Made by a program: the position numbers and the translations under genes | Part shown: one piece after another, positions 49,145-59,058 of the stretch | How the letters are laid out: each line of letters opens with the position of its first letter | Numbering within the stretch: position 1 is the stretch's first letter | The notes under the pieces: model-generated | What the model was told of the DNA's origin: nothing | Databases searched by the model: none | What the model saw: the letters and a program-made list of their open reading frames with translations, nothing else | Assembly (NCBI GenBank): GCA_051003155.1 | Contig: JBPCLO010000013.1 | Coordinates: forward strand, 1 to 64,000 | DNA: 64,000 bases | DNA from: Fimbriimonadales bacterium | GTDB taxonomy: Bacteria; Armatimonadota; Fimbriimonadia; Fimbriimonadales; ATM1 | Direction: 5' to 3'

Positions 49145-50764
49145 ATGATACAGTTCATGCGAACTCTCGCGGCCACTCTGGTCATCTTCACCGCCCTCAC
49201 TATCGTCGGATGCGGCAACGGCAAATTCGGCAACTCGGGCTCTGACAAACCCGATCACGTGCTCGTGTTCCCGATCCCGAACAACCCGACGAAGCTCGAC
49301 CCCGCTGCAGTCGAGGACGGCGACACAATCGAGGTGCTCGGCCAGATTTTCGAGGGACTCGTTCAGTACGATGAAAATAATGAGCTCGTACCGAACCTCG
49401 CAACAAGTTGGGACGTTTCGCCGGACGGTACAACGTATACCTTCCACTTGAAGGAAGGAGTGAAGTTCCAGAACGGCCGTGTTATGACCGCGGATGACGT
49501 GAAGTACAGCTGGGACCGTGCAGCCACCCGCAAAGTGCAGAGCCCGACCGTCGAAGGCTACATGGCCGACATCGTCGGATTTAGGGATGTTTGGGACAAA
49601 AAGTCCAAAGACTTGGCCGGCGTGAAGGTTGTCGATCCCAAAACGCTCACCGTAACAATCAACGAACCCAAGGCGTACTGGCCGATGTACCTCCAGTACC
49701 CCTGCTACTTCGTCGTAGCCAAGGAAGCCGCCGGCATGGAGCCGATCACGTCGGTCGAGGATATGGTCGGCACCGGCCCGTTCAAGATCGCCGGGTACAA
49801 GCCCGATCAATCGATCGAACTAGACCGGTTCGACGACTACCACGGTGGCAAACCCGCGCTCGAGAAAATCGAGCGCCTCATCGCGAGCGACCCGCAGACC
49901 CGCAGGCAGCTGTACGAGAGCGGCAAAGTCGACTGGGTTGCCCTCGAACGACAGGACAAGGGGATGGTAGACAAGAACCCTGACATCAAGGCGCATTTGC
50001 ACACGGTCGACCGCGCGGCCATCTGGTACGTCGGATTCGGGCTCACGGAGTTCCCGGCGTTTAGGAAACCGAAAGTTCGCCAGGCATTTGCGATGGCGAT
50101 CGACAAAGGCCGCATCATTTCCGAAGGATTCGATAATGTAAACCGACGCGCAGAGGGCATCCTGCCGCCCGCGCTTCCCGGTTTCGACGAAAACTTTAAG
50201 GGATACCAATTCGAACCAGAGCGCGCAAGGAAACTTCTTGCAGAGGCCGGCTACCCGAACGGCCAGGATTTCCCGCCGGTGAAGCTCTTTTTCCGGGCCG
50301 ACCGCCAGGACGCGAAGATCCTCTCCACGATGGTCCAACAGGACCTCATCAAGAACCTCGGCATCAAAGTGGACCTGGCGCCGACAGAATGGATGGCGCT
50401 GTTGGAGAGGCGGTCGCGGGGGCAGCTCCCCTTCTTTCATCTTCGATGGGGCGCCGATTACCTCGACCCGCAAAACTTCCTCTCGTTCATGCTCCACACA
50501 AACGCCCGAGAGAACACACTGGGCTACTCGAACCCGCAGTTCGACGCCCTCTGCGAAACCGCGGACCGCCTCCCGATGAGCCAGCAAGCCAAGCGCATCG
50601 AACTCTATCGAAAGGCCGAAAAGACGGCCGTCGACGACGCAATCTGGATCCCGATCTACTTCCAGCGCGATCTGGAGCTCGTCCGGCCCACGGTGAGGGG
50701 CCTGCGACGCTCCGCAATGGGGCCGCTCACTCACACAACGACCGACGTTGTCTGGAATCGCTGA
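49145..50764 (+). CDS. oppA: Peptide ABC transporter substrate-binding lipoprotein
   Basis: Lipobox IVGC; LDPA, PNLATSW..S.DG.TYTFHL, GTGPF, W.ADY.DP. Confidence 0.88.
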   Translation: MIQFMRTLAATLVIFTALTIVGCGNGKFGNSGSDKPDHVLVFPIPNNPTKLDPAAVEDGDTIEVLGQIFEGLVQYDENNELVPNLATSWDVSPDGTTYTFHLKEGVKFQNGRVMTADDVKYSWDRAATRKVQSPTVEGYMADIVGFRDVWDKKSKDLAGVKVVDPKTLTVTINEPKAYWPMYLQYPCYFVVAKEAAGMEPITSVEDMVGTGPFKIAGYKPDQSIELDRFDDYHGGKPALEKIERLIASDPQTRRQLYESGKVDWVALERQDKGMVDKNPDIKAHLHTVDRAAIWYVGFGLTEFPAFRKPKVRQAFAMAIDKGRIISEGFDNVNRRAEGILPPALPGFDENFKGYQFEPERARKLLAEAGYPNGQDFPPVKLFFRADRQDAKILSTMVQQDLIKNLGIKVDLAPTEWMALLERRSRGQLPFFHLRWGADYLDPQNFLSFMLHTNARENTLGYSNPQFDALCETADRLPMSQQAKRIELYRKAEKTAVDDAIWIPIYFQRDLELVRPTVRGLRRSAMGPLTHTTTDVVWNR

Positions 50765-51761
50765 AGCTCCCGAAGCTCCGCGGCTAACCGTCGGGCCGCA
50801 GGTCCGGCGGTCGTCCACGCTGCGCGCCGTCCTGATCCGGCTCGCGTGGTCGATTCCAACGCTAATCTTCATCACCTTGGTCACGTTCATCATCGGGGAG
50901 CTCGCCCCGGGTGACGCCGCCACCGTCAGAGCAGGCGAAAAGGGATCCCTCGAATACATCCAACAGCTGCGCGAACAGATGGGCCTGACCCGCCCGCCGG
51001 CGGTCCGCTACGTCGAGTTCGTTAACGGCGCCGCTGTTCTCGATTTCGGAGAGTCGTGGTATCCGCCCTATCGCCCGGTGAAGGAGACTCTGGTCGCGGG
51101 AATCTACCAAACAGGCAGGCTTGCGCTGCTGGCGATCATCTTGGCGAGCATTTTCGGAGTGCTGCTCGGCTGCATAGCGGCGGTGGGCCACAACCGCTGG
51201 CCCGATCGCGTTGCCGTCACCTTCTCGACCCTCGGCATTTGCATTCCCAACTTCGTCCTCGCTCCCGTCCTCGCCTACTTTTTCACGATCAAGATGGGAG
51301 TCCTGCCGCTCACTTGGGAGGATAACCCCAGCGAGAGCATCCTCTACTACCTAGCCTTGCCCGTCCTCATTCTTTCGCTGCGCCCCGCCGCCGTCATCAC
51401 AAGACTTACGCGCGCCGCAATGATCGATACGCTCAGCCAAGACTTCATCCGAACCGCTTTCGCCAAGGGCGTACCGTATTGGAAAGTCATCTTCAAGCAC
51501 GCGTTCCGCAATTCGCTCGTACCCATCATCACGGCAATCGGCACCACCCTCGGCTTTCTGCTTACCGGCTCGTTTATCATCGAGAGCTTCTTTCGCATTC
51601 CCGGCCTCGGCCTCAAGTCGGTAAACGCGATCTACCAGGGCGACTACCCGGTGGTGCAGGGAACCGTCCTTCTCTTCGCCGTGCTGTTCATCTTCGTGAA
51701 CCTCATCGTCGACATCCTGCTGCCCCTCATCGACCCGCGCATCAGGGACCAGTCCGCATGA
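50748..51761 (+). CDS. oppB: Peptide ABC transporter permease
   Basis: APGD, DFGES, DFIRTAFAKG, HAFRNS, DYPVVQG, IDPRI. Confidence 0.88.
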   Translation: MSGIAEAPEAPRLTVGPQVRRSSTLRAVLIRLAWSIPTLIFITLVTFIIGELAPGDAATVRAGEKGSLEYIQQLREQMGLTRPPAVRYVEFVNGAAVLDFGESWYPPYRPVKETLVAGIYQTGRLALLAIILASIFGVLLGCIAAVGHNRWPDRVAVTFSTLGICIPNFVLAPVLAYFFTIKMGVLPLTWEDNPSESILYYLALPVLILSLRPAAVITRLTRAAMIDTLSQDFIRTAFAKGVPYWKVIFKHAFRNSLVPIITAIGTTLGFLLTGSFIIESFFRIPGLGLKSVNAIYQGDYPVVQGTVLLFAVLFIFVNLIVDILLPLIDPRIRDQSA

Positions 51762-52609
51762 AAAAGAACTGGCTCTTCATCGCGAGCGTCGTCTTCCTCG
51801 GACTCCTCGTTCTGTTCGCCATCTTCGGACCTCTGCGCTACGGAGTAATCGACCCGGTAGGCAGCAAGTTCGAGCCACCAAGCGCCAAGTTCTGGCTCGG
51901 CACCGACGAGTACGGCCGCGACATCTTCGGCCGCCTTGCATTCGGAGCCCGCATGAGCCTCTTCATGGGCATCTCCGTCCAACTTGTCGCCATCGTGGTC
52001 GGCCTCATCGTCGGCACCGCGGCAGGGTATGGGCCACGCTGGCTGAACAACGGCCTAATGCGCTTCACCGACGGCATGTTCGCATTCCCCGACATCTTGC
52101 TCGCAATCCTAATTATGGGGATCCTTCGAGGCAGCAACGTCGCGATCTTTAGAGGAATGCCCGAAATCTTGGTCGCAACGCTTCCAGTCTTCGCCGCCCT
52201 CGCGGTAGTCGGATGGCCCGGGATGGCCCGCCTCATCCGGAACCAAGTGCTGAGCCTCAAAGAGCAGGAGTATGTCACCGCAAGCCGCGCGCTCGGCGCC
52301 GGAACCTGGCACATGGTTATGAAGCACATTCTGCCGCACCTTTGGGGCCTTATCTCGGCGGTCGCGATGGTTGGTATGGCGATGATCATCCTCGCCGAAG
52401 GCGCGCTCAGTTTCCTCGGAATCGGTATTCCGCCCCCGTGGCCCAGCTGGGGCTCCATGATCAACGATGCCCGGGCGTACATGTCCTCGTACCCCGAACT
52501 CCTGTTCTGGCCGTGCCTGATTCTGAGCCTTACCATTCTGGCGCTCAACTTCGTCGGCGACGCCCTCCGGGATCGTTTCGACCCAAAATCTGCCTCCCGT
52601 GCAACTTAG
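51758..52609 (+). CDS. oppC: Peptide ABC transporter permease
   Basis: WLGTDEYGRD, EYV.ASRALGA, HILP, LSFLGIG, SWG.MI, GDALRD. Confidence 0.88.
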   Translation: MKKNWLFIASVVFLGLLVLFAIFGPLRYGVIDPVGSKFEPPSAKFWLGTDEYGRDIFGRLAFGARMSLFMGISVQLVAIVVGLIVGTAAGYGPRWLNNGLMRFTDGMFAFPDILLAILIMGILRGSNVAIFRGMPEILVATLPVFAALAVVGWPGMARLIRNQVLSLKEQEYVTASRALGAGTWHMVMKHILPHLWGLISAVAMVGMAMIILAEGALSFLGIGIPPPWPSWGSMINDARAYMSSYPELLFWPCLILSLTILALNFVGDALRDRFDPKSASRAT

Positions 52610-52687
52610 TGGAACCAGTCGGCGTACCGCCTTCGTTACGCAAGTAAGGACCTTGCGCCTTCACAATGCTCAGGAGGAAATGAATCG

Positions 52688-53662
52688 ATGACCACCGCAA
52701 CGATTGCCGGTTTGGCCACCCTCGTACTCGGGGGAGTGGGCTTTAGCCAGCTGAATGATACAACGCCGGGACAAGCGCAGGACACCAAGCGAAAAGTTAC
52801 CGGCCGTTTCGACAACGCGACGCTCGCAGAAGCCTTGAAATGGCTCAGCGCCAGAGGGGTGAGCTTCGTCGCCGACAGCTCTCAACTAGCCGGCGACGAA
52901 AGAGTGACCCTCAACATTGCCGGCCAGCCAGTTTCCGATGTAATGGAAGCGGTCGCCGATGCCTTCCACGGAAAGTGGACCAAGCACGGAAACGTATACA
53001 CGTTCACTCGGGACCACGGGCGTTTCTCCACAGACATGCCGGGATTCCATCTGGGACCCCGCAGCTTCGAGAGCCTGAAAGATCTTGAACACTTCGCTCC
53101 GCAGCTCGAACTCGAACTCCGCGAAGGCCTGAAGGGCCTCGAAGGACTCGAAAAATTTGGGATGAGCCCCGAAGACGTTGAAGAGCTCGAGGGCCTCGGC
53201 TCGAAAATTGCCGACGAGCTCCGCCTCGAACTCAAAGGCCACGATATGTCCCCTCAGGACAGAGCGAAGCTCGAACGGCTCGGCCCCAAACTAGAACTCG
53301 AGCTCAAGGAAAAGCTCAAGGGCCTCAAGAATCTCGAACTTCACCCTGAGCATCTGAAAGATCTCGAAGAGCTAGGCGCGAAAATCGAAGAAGAAATCCG
53401 GCTCAAGATGAAGGGTCCGGAAGACCTAAAGGACCTCGAAGTCCCGGCGCCCCCGGCCACGCGGTTTGGCGGCTCGGACATCCCCAAGCTCATCGGCAGT
53501 CTTAGCGCTCAGCAGAAGGCCAGACACGAGCGCCAAGGCTATCTGACCCCTTCGGACCTGACGCCTGAGCAGCGACGGTTCGCCGGGCAGCTGCCCGACA
53601 TGGGCGCCTGGACCCTGACCTACGTAATCGACGGAAAGAAGCTCACCCTCAAGGGCAAGTAA
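52688..53662 (+). CDS. Secreted hypothetical protein with an STN-like N-domain and Leu/Glu/Lys-rich repeats
   Basis: SD AGGAGG; signal peptide; VTGRFDNATLAEALKWL...VTLNI..QPV.DVM; repeated LE.LG.K(I/L)..EL.L.(L/M)KG. Confidence 0.65.
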   Translation: MTTATIAGLATLVLGGVGFSQLNDTTPGQAQDTKRKVTGRFDNATLAEALKWLSARGVSFVADSSQLAGDERVTLNIAGQPVSDVMEAVADAFHGKWTKHGNVYTFTRDHGRFSTDMPGFHLGPRSFESLKDLEHFAPQLELELREGLKGLEGLEKFGMSPEDVEELEGLGSKIADELRLELKGHDMSPQDRAKLERLGPKLELELKEKLKGLKNLELHPEHLKDLEELGAKIEEEIRLKMKGPEDLKDLEVPAPPATRFGGSDIPKLIGSLSAQQKARHERQGYLTPSDLTPEQRRFAGQLPDMGAWTLTYVIDGKKLTLKGK

Positions 53663-53726
53663 AGCCCTCCTCTCACGGCCCGTCTTCGCCTCGTCGCGGT
53701 GAGGATGGGCCACAATAAGCGGCCCC

Positions 53727-54845
53727 ATGAAAAAGGTTTTCGCCGTCGTCGGAACTCGCCCGGATGCCATCAAAATGGCGCCCGTCATCATCGAGTTCAA
53801 AAAGCACGACGACCTCGAGACCGTCGTCATCGCCTCCGGCCAGCACAAAGAGATGCTCCAGCAGGTCTTCAATGCCTTCGGCATCACAGCTGACGGCAAC
53901 TTTGACGTGATGAAGGACGGCCAATCGCTAGCATATCTCACGTCCTCCATCCTCACCGCTTTGGACGAAGTCCTCGAGCGCGAGGCCCCCGATATCGTAG
54001 TGGCCCAAGGCGACACCACCACCACCTTCGTAGCCGGCCTCGCATCTTTCTATCGACGCATCCCGTTTGCCCACGTCGAAGCCGGCCTTCGAACCGACAC
54101 GATCGATTCGCCCTTTCCGGAAGAGTTCAACCGCCGCGCGGTCTCCCATTTCACCAAACTTCACTTCGCCCCCACGTCGGCGTCCGCCGCGAACTTACTA
54201 AACGAAGGCATCGCTCCCGAGAAGGTCTACGTCACCGGCAACACCTCGATAGATGCGATCTTGCAAGCCACCTCAGACAACGAAGAGCCCCACAAGGACG
54301 GCGTGCGCACCATCGTTGTCACCACCCACCGTCGCGAGAACTGGGGTGACCCACAGCGCGCGATTTGCCGGGCGGTAAAGCGCATCCTCGACGCCGTGCT
54401 CTGTTCGCGGGTCGTTCTCCCCATGCACCGAAACCCGATCGTTAGGGAAGTGCTCCAGCAGGAGCTCGGCGCCGACTGCCGCGTCTCGCTCATCGAGCCG
54501 CCGGAGTACTGGGAGTTCGCCCGCCTCATGAAATCGTCCGACCTTATCCTCACCGATTCAGGCGGCGTTCAGGAAGAGGCTCCGGCGCTGGGCAAGCCGG
54601 TCCTGGTCCTGCGCCGCGAGACCGAGCGCCCCGAGGGCATCGAGGCCGGCAACGCGTTCCTCGTGGGCACCGACGAAGAAAAGATCGTCGCCGAAGCCGT
54701 CTCCCTTCTCACGGATTCCACCCGCTACGCCTCGGTTGCCCAAGCCCGCAACCCGTACGGCGACGGCCTAGCCGCCCGCCGCATCGTTTCGCAACTCCGC
54801 AATTTCCTGCGTCTTCCCGCAGAAAAGCTGCCGGCTTTCTCGTAG
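53727..54845 (+). CDS. wecB: UDP-N-acetylglucosamine 2-epimerase (non-hydrolysing)
   Basis: GTRPDAIKMAP, QGDTTT, HVEAGLR, PFPEE.NR, TDSGGVQEEAP, NPYGDG. Confidence 0.95.
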   Translation: MKKVFAVVGTRPDAIKMAPVIIEFKKHDDLETVVIASGQHKEMLQQVFNAFGITADGNFDVMKDGQSLAYLTSSILTALDEVLEREAPDIVVAQGDTTTTFVAGLASFYRRIPFAHVEAGLRTDTIDSPFPEEFNRRAVSHFTKLHFAPTSASAANLLNEGIAPEKVYVTGNTSIDAILQATSDNEEPHKDGVRTIVVTTHRRENWGDPQRAICRAVKRILDAVLCSRVVLPMHRNPIVREVLQQELGADCRVSLIEPPEYWEFARLMKSSDLILTDSGGVQEEAPALGKPVLVLRRETERPEGIEAGNAFLVGTDEEKIVAEAVSLLTDSTRYASVAQARNPYGDGLAARRIVSQLRNFLRLPAEKLPAFS

Positions 54846-55252
54846 CCCACACCATCCAACGAGCTCTAAAGCTCTATGAGCCCTCTACGTCCGATGTGTC
54901 CCATCCGTTCGATCACGGACCACCAGAAGCGGAATATACGGCCGTGGAATATTCGGATTTGATGCGGAAGCTGCTGAATATCGCTTCCCGGAACGGTCTG
55001 CGTGGTCCCTACCTATGCCGGCATGATGTGGCTGGCCCCCGGCCTTGGAAGTGAGCGCTGGCTGTCTTTACGGCGCGTGCTCTATTTTGGCTCTCCACGG
55101 CTTTATTGACTTACAACGCTGGTCGACTGGGGGCTACGAAGTCTTAGCGAATTGGGAGCGCGTTGAGCCGGGAGAGGAACCAGCGGAACCGGAGACAGGC
55201 ATTTCACCAGGCTCGCGGGTTTGGCGAAATCGCGTACTTTTGTCCGTTCGCC

Positions 55253-55282
55253 TTGACACGACCCGTAACCTGATGTTAGTAT
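55253..55282 (+). promoter_or_regulatory. Sigma70-type promoter for the outer-membrane protein gene
   Basis: TTGACA-N18-TAGTAT with an extended -10 TG. Confidence 0.55.
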
Positions 55283-55363
55283 TTAGTTAACGGGGGGTTT
55301 CCGGTTGGCGATGGCTCGTGCTTCGTCCGCTGAATCTCTCTTCTAAATATGGAGGTTCACCAA

Positions 55364-55861
55364 GTGACCAAGAATGGCATTCTCGCGGTAATAGCGGCTC
55401 TTGCCCTGCCCACGGTCGGCGCGGCGCAGGACGACATGATCGTGACCGGCCCTCACCAGGGCGCGGTAACCGGCAACATCTCCGGAAACTTCACCAGCGT
55501 AAGCGGTTCCGACTCGTCCACGTTCAGCGTGTCCGGATCGTACTTCTTCACCGACGTGTTCGAGGGTCTAGCGGGCCTGACTTACGTCAGGGTCAGCGGC
55601 AGCGACTCGACCGGCTTTGCGCTGGGCGGCAACTACTACTTCATGCGCAATATGTCGGACCCCAAGATGCACCCCTACCTGGGCGTGCGATGGGTGCGGT
55701 TCGATTCGGGTGGAGGCGATGCCGACGGCTTCGCCGGGGCTCTCGGGCTTCATTACTTCATCCGCCCGAACATTTCGTTCACTCCCGAACTGCAGATCGG
55801 GGAGCTCGAGGACGAGGGTTTCACCACCCTCCAGTTCGGCCTCACCATGTGGTTCCGCTAA
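55364..55861 (+). CDS. Outer-membrane beta-barrel protein (8-stranded, OmpA/OmpW-like)
   Basis: SD GGAGG; signal peptide; alternating strands (GSYFF, GGNYYF, PYLG, GLHYF); C-terminal GLTMWFR. Confidence 0.85.
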   Translation: MTKNGILAVIAALALPTVGAAQDDMIVTGPHQGAVTGNISGNFTSVSGSDSSTFSVSGSYFFTDVFEGLAGLTYVRVSGSDSTGFALGGNYYFMRNMSDPKMHPYLGVRWVRFDSGGGDADGFAGALGLHYFIRPNISFTPELQIGELEDEGFTTLQFGLTMWFR

Positions 55862-55882
55862 GCTATTAGCGTTTAACATGAA

Positions 55883-55911
55883 GCACCCGTCGGACCCTAG
55901 CCGGCGGGTGC
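55883..55911. terminator. Hairpin between convergent genes, likely terminator
   Basis: GCACCCGTCGG-ACCCTAG-CCGGCGGGTGC. Confidence 0.6.
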
Positions 55912-55948
55912 CCTCCTTTAGGAATGGAGACAGACGACTGCCCGAGGC

Positions 55949-57085
55949 TTAACGTTCGTCGATCGGGACGTACGGGCGGAGGGCTTCGCCCTCGTAGATC
56001 GCTTTGGGACGGATCAGGCGGTTGTTGTCGAGCTGCTCGATGATGTGGGCGCTCCAGCCCGTGATGCGGCTGACGGCGAAGATCGGCGTGTAGAGCGGAA
56101 TCGGGATTTCAAGCGAGAAGTACGCGTAGGCGGCGGGGAAGTCCACGTTCGGGAACAGGCCCTTCTCTTCCTTGAGGATGCGCTCGATGATCTCGGCCAT
56201 CTCGGCCCACTTTTCGTTGCCGGTACGGCGCGCCGCTTCCTTGCCCATCTCGCCCATAATGCCGGCGCGGCTGTCGCTGATGCGGTACTCGCGGTGGCCG
56301 AAGCCCATGATCTTCTTCTTCTCGGCGAGCGCGGTGCGCAGCCACGGCTCCGCGTTTTCGACGCTGCCGATTTCCTGCAACATCTCCATCGCTTTCTCGT
56401 TGGCGCCGCCGTGCAGGTTCCCCTTCAGGGTTCCGATCGCGGAGACGATGCCGCTGAAGATGTCGCTCAGCGTCGCAACGGTCACGCGCGCTGCGAAGGT
56501 GGAAGCGTTGTAGCCGTGCTCGGCATAGAGCACGAGGGATGTGTCCATGGTCGAAACCGTGAAATCGTCCGCCTCCTTGCCGTTCAGCATGTACATCAAG
56601 TTGGCCGCCGTATCGAGGCCCCCTTGCGGCTGCACGACCGTTTCGCCGTGGGCGATGCGCCAGCCGTTGGCGACGAGGGCTCCCATCTTCGCCGTCAGGC
56701 GGACAGCTTTGCGGACGTTGGCGTCGTGATCGGTCGGTGACGCGGTGTAGTCGGGGTCTCCGCCCGCGAGTGTGGCCACGCCGACCTTAAGCTGGTCCAT
56801 GGGATGCGCAGTCCTCGGAACGTGCGAGATCGCTTCGTAGACGTAGTCCGGCAAGTTGCGCTCCGCGCCGAGGTCTGCCCTGAAATCGCCCAGCTCGCCC
56901 TCGTTCGGCAGCTTGCCGTAGATCAGCAGGTAAGCGGTCTCTTCGAAACTGCCCTGCTTTGCGAGCTCGTGAACGTCGTAGCCGCGATAGATAAGGCGCG
57001 ACTTCTCGACGTCGATATCGGAGATTTTCGAAATGCCGGCGACGACTCCTTCGAGGCCGGGGCTGTACTGCGATGTAGCTGCCAT
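55949..57085 (-). CDS. prpC: 2-methylcitrate synthase / citrate synthase
   Basis: GLEGVVA, LIYRGY, EHGYNASTF, LHGGANE, MGFGHR, PNVDF; adjacent to prpB. Confidence 0.82.
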   Translation of the reverse strand: MAATSQYSPGLEGVVAGISKISDIDVEKSRLIYRGYDVHELAKQGSFEETAYLLIYGKLPNEGELGDFRADLGAERNLPDYVYEAISHVPRTAHPMDQLKVGVATLAGGDPDYTASPTDHDANVRKAVRLTAKMGALVANGWRIAHGETVVQPQGGLDTAANLMYMLNGKEADDFTVSTMDTSLVLYAEHGYNASTFAARVTVATLSDIFSGIVSAIGTLKGNLHGGANEKAMEMLQEIGSVENAEPWLRTALAEKKKIMGFGHREYRISDSRAGIMGEMGKEAARRTGNEKWAEMAEIIERILKEEKGLFPNVDFPAAYAYFSLEIPIPLYTPIFAVSRITGWSAHIIEQLDNNRLIRPKAIYEGEALRPYVPIDER

Positions 57086-57130
57086 GGGGTCTCGGGATTG
57101 TACCCGGGGGTTGCCTGCGACCGGCTTAGC

Positions 57131-58012
57131 CTAGTCCTGCGACAGTTCCTTGTCGAGCCTTTCGTATGCCGGGTAATCGATTAGGTCGTAAAGTTCTTGG
57201 CGTGTACGCATGTCTTCGAGAAAGCCGGCTTGCGTCCCCTCGTTTAGCAGTGTGGCGTACGTCTCGCCGACCAATTTGAGCATCACCCGGAACGCTGTCA
57301 TCGGGAAGATGACGATTTCGTAGCCGATCGACCCGAACTCAGAGGCGGTGATCAACGGCGTTTTGCCGAACTCGGTCATGTTGGAAAGGAGCGGGCTCGG
57401 GACGGCTTCACGGAACTGCTCGAACTCTCCTTTCGATGCGAGGCCCTCTGGGAAGATGCAGTCCGCTCCGGCGTCAACGTAGGCTTTTGCCCGGTCGATC
57501 GCATCGCCCAGGCCGTCCACGCTGCGTGCGTCCGTCCTGGCTATGATGAAGAAGCTGTCGTCCTGCCTGGCTTTGATGGCGGCTTTGATCTTGGCCGCCA
57601 TCTCGGAAACCGGGATGATCTGTTTGCCGTCGAGATGGCCGCATCGCTTGGGCGAGGCTTGGTCCTCTAAATGTAAACCCGCGAGGCCCGCTCGTTCGAA
57701 CTCGCGGATGGTTCGCATCACGTTCCAGCTCTCCCCGTACCCCGTGTCTGCATCCGCGAGTACGGGGATTTGTACCGCAGAGCATACATAGTTTGCTTGA
57801 CGGGCCATTTCATCCATCGTCAAAAGCGCGATGTCGGGCATGGCGGTCATGCTGTTGGTCACGCCGGCGCCGCTGAGGTAGATGGCCTTCGCGCCTGCTT
57901 GCTCCGCGAGCTTTGCGGTAATGGCGTCGTAGGCGCCAGGGGCTAGCAATGGGCGCTCGTCGAGGAGGGCGCGGAGAACTCGGCCGGGTGAACTCAATCG
58001 GGGATGGAGCAC
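57131..58012 (-). CDS. prpB: 2-methylisocitrate lyase
   Basis: YLSGA, DADTGYG, EDQ..PKRCGHL, ARTDA, NMTEFGKT. Confidence 0.93.
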   Translation of the reverse strand: MLHPRLSSPGRVLRALLDERPLLAPGAYDAITAKLAEQAGAKAIYLSGAGVTNSMTAMPDIALLTMDEMARQANYVCSAVQIPVLADADTGYGESWNVMRTIREFERAGLAGLHLEDQASPKRCGHLDGKQIIPVSEMAAKIKAAIKARQDDSFFIIARTDARSVDGLGDAIDRAKAYVDAGADCIFPEGLASKGEFEQFREAVPSPLLSNMTEFGKTPLITASEFGSIGYEIVIFPMTAFRVMLKLVGETYATLLNEGTQAGFLEDMRTRQELYDLIDYPAYERLDKELSQD

Positions 58013-58089
58013 GGTTGAGAGTACCACGGGGGAGCGACTGACGACGACGGAGCCGACCGACGACGTCGGAATTGTCATAATGTGCGGCG

Positions 58090-59058
58090 ATGATAGTTTT
58101 GGTTACTGGGATTGCGGGTTATATCGGGAGCGTTGTTGGGGAACTGCTGTTGGTGAACGGCTACGAGGTGGTCGGAATCGACAATTTGCAAACCGGAAAC
58201 CGCGCCGCGGTGCCGGGAGATGCCGATTTCCGGGAGGGGGACATTCGCGACGAGAGGTGGCTGAGAGAGACGGTGGCGGGTAGCGGGGCGGAGGCGGTTG
58301 TCCACCTGGCAGCCGAAGCATCGATCGACGACAGCGAGCCTGGGAAGTTCTTTCGAACGAACGTTGCGGGCGGGCTGAACCTGCTCGATGCCATGCGCTC
58401 TGCGAAAATCGACAAGGTCGTATTTTCGTCCACAGCGGCGATTTACGGCCAACCTGAGGTACTCCCGATTCCGGAGGACGCCCCGAAGAATCCTGTCAAT
58501 GCTTATGGTGAATCGAAGCTTATGTTCGAGCGAATTCTGGCGTGGTATGGGCGGGCGCACGGGCTCAAGCACGTCTCGCTACGCTACTTCAACGCTTGCG
58601 GGGCGACGGAAGCGCGCGGCGAGTCTCGAGAAAGGGAGACTCACATCATCCCGCTATTGATCGAGGTCGTACTGGGCAAACGAACTAACTTTTCGCTGTA
58701 CGGCATCGACTACCCAACGCCGGACGGTACCTGCGTCCGCGACTACATCCACATCGCCGACATCGCCGACGCGCATATCCTTGCGCTGGAAAGCATCGAG
58801 TCGAGGAACGGCGGGGCCTACAACATGGGCAACGGGGAAGGGTATTCGAATCTGCAGGTCATCGAAACCGTGCGTAAGGTGACGGGCAACGCGCTCCCAT
58901 ACGCGAGCGCGGAAAGAAGGGCCGGCGACCCGGCGACTCTCGTGGCAAGTTCGGCGAAGATTCGCGACGATCTCGGGTGGACGCCGCGCTATCCGGATTT
59001 GGAGACGATGGTGGCCACGGCTTGGTCATGGAGGCAAGCCCATCCCGATGGCTACTAA
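58090..59058 (+). CDS. galE: UDP-glucose 4-epimerase
   Basis: TGIAGYIGS, FSSTAAIYG, YGESK, LRYFN, TPDGTCVRDYIH. Confidence 0.93.
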   Translation: MIVLVTGIAGYIGSVVGELLLVNGYEVVGIDNLQTGNRAAVPGDADFREGDIRDERWLRETVAGSGAEAVVHLAAEASIDDSEPGKFFRTNVAGGLNLLDAMRSAKIDKVVFSSTAAIYGQPEVLPIPEDAPKNPVNAYGESKLMFERILAWYGRAHGLKHVSLRYFNACGATEARGESRERETHIIPLLIEVVLGKRTNFSLYGIDYPTPDGTCVRDYIHIADIADAHILALESIESRNGGAYNMGNGEGYSNLQVIETVRKVTGNALPYASAERRAGDPATLVASSAKIRDDLGWTPRYPDLETMVATAWSWRQAHPDGY

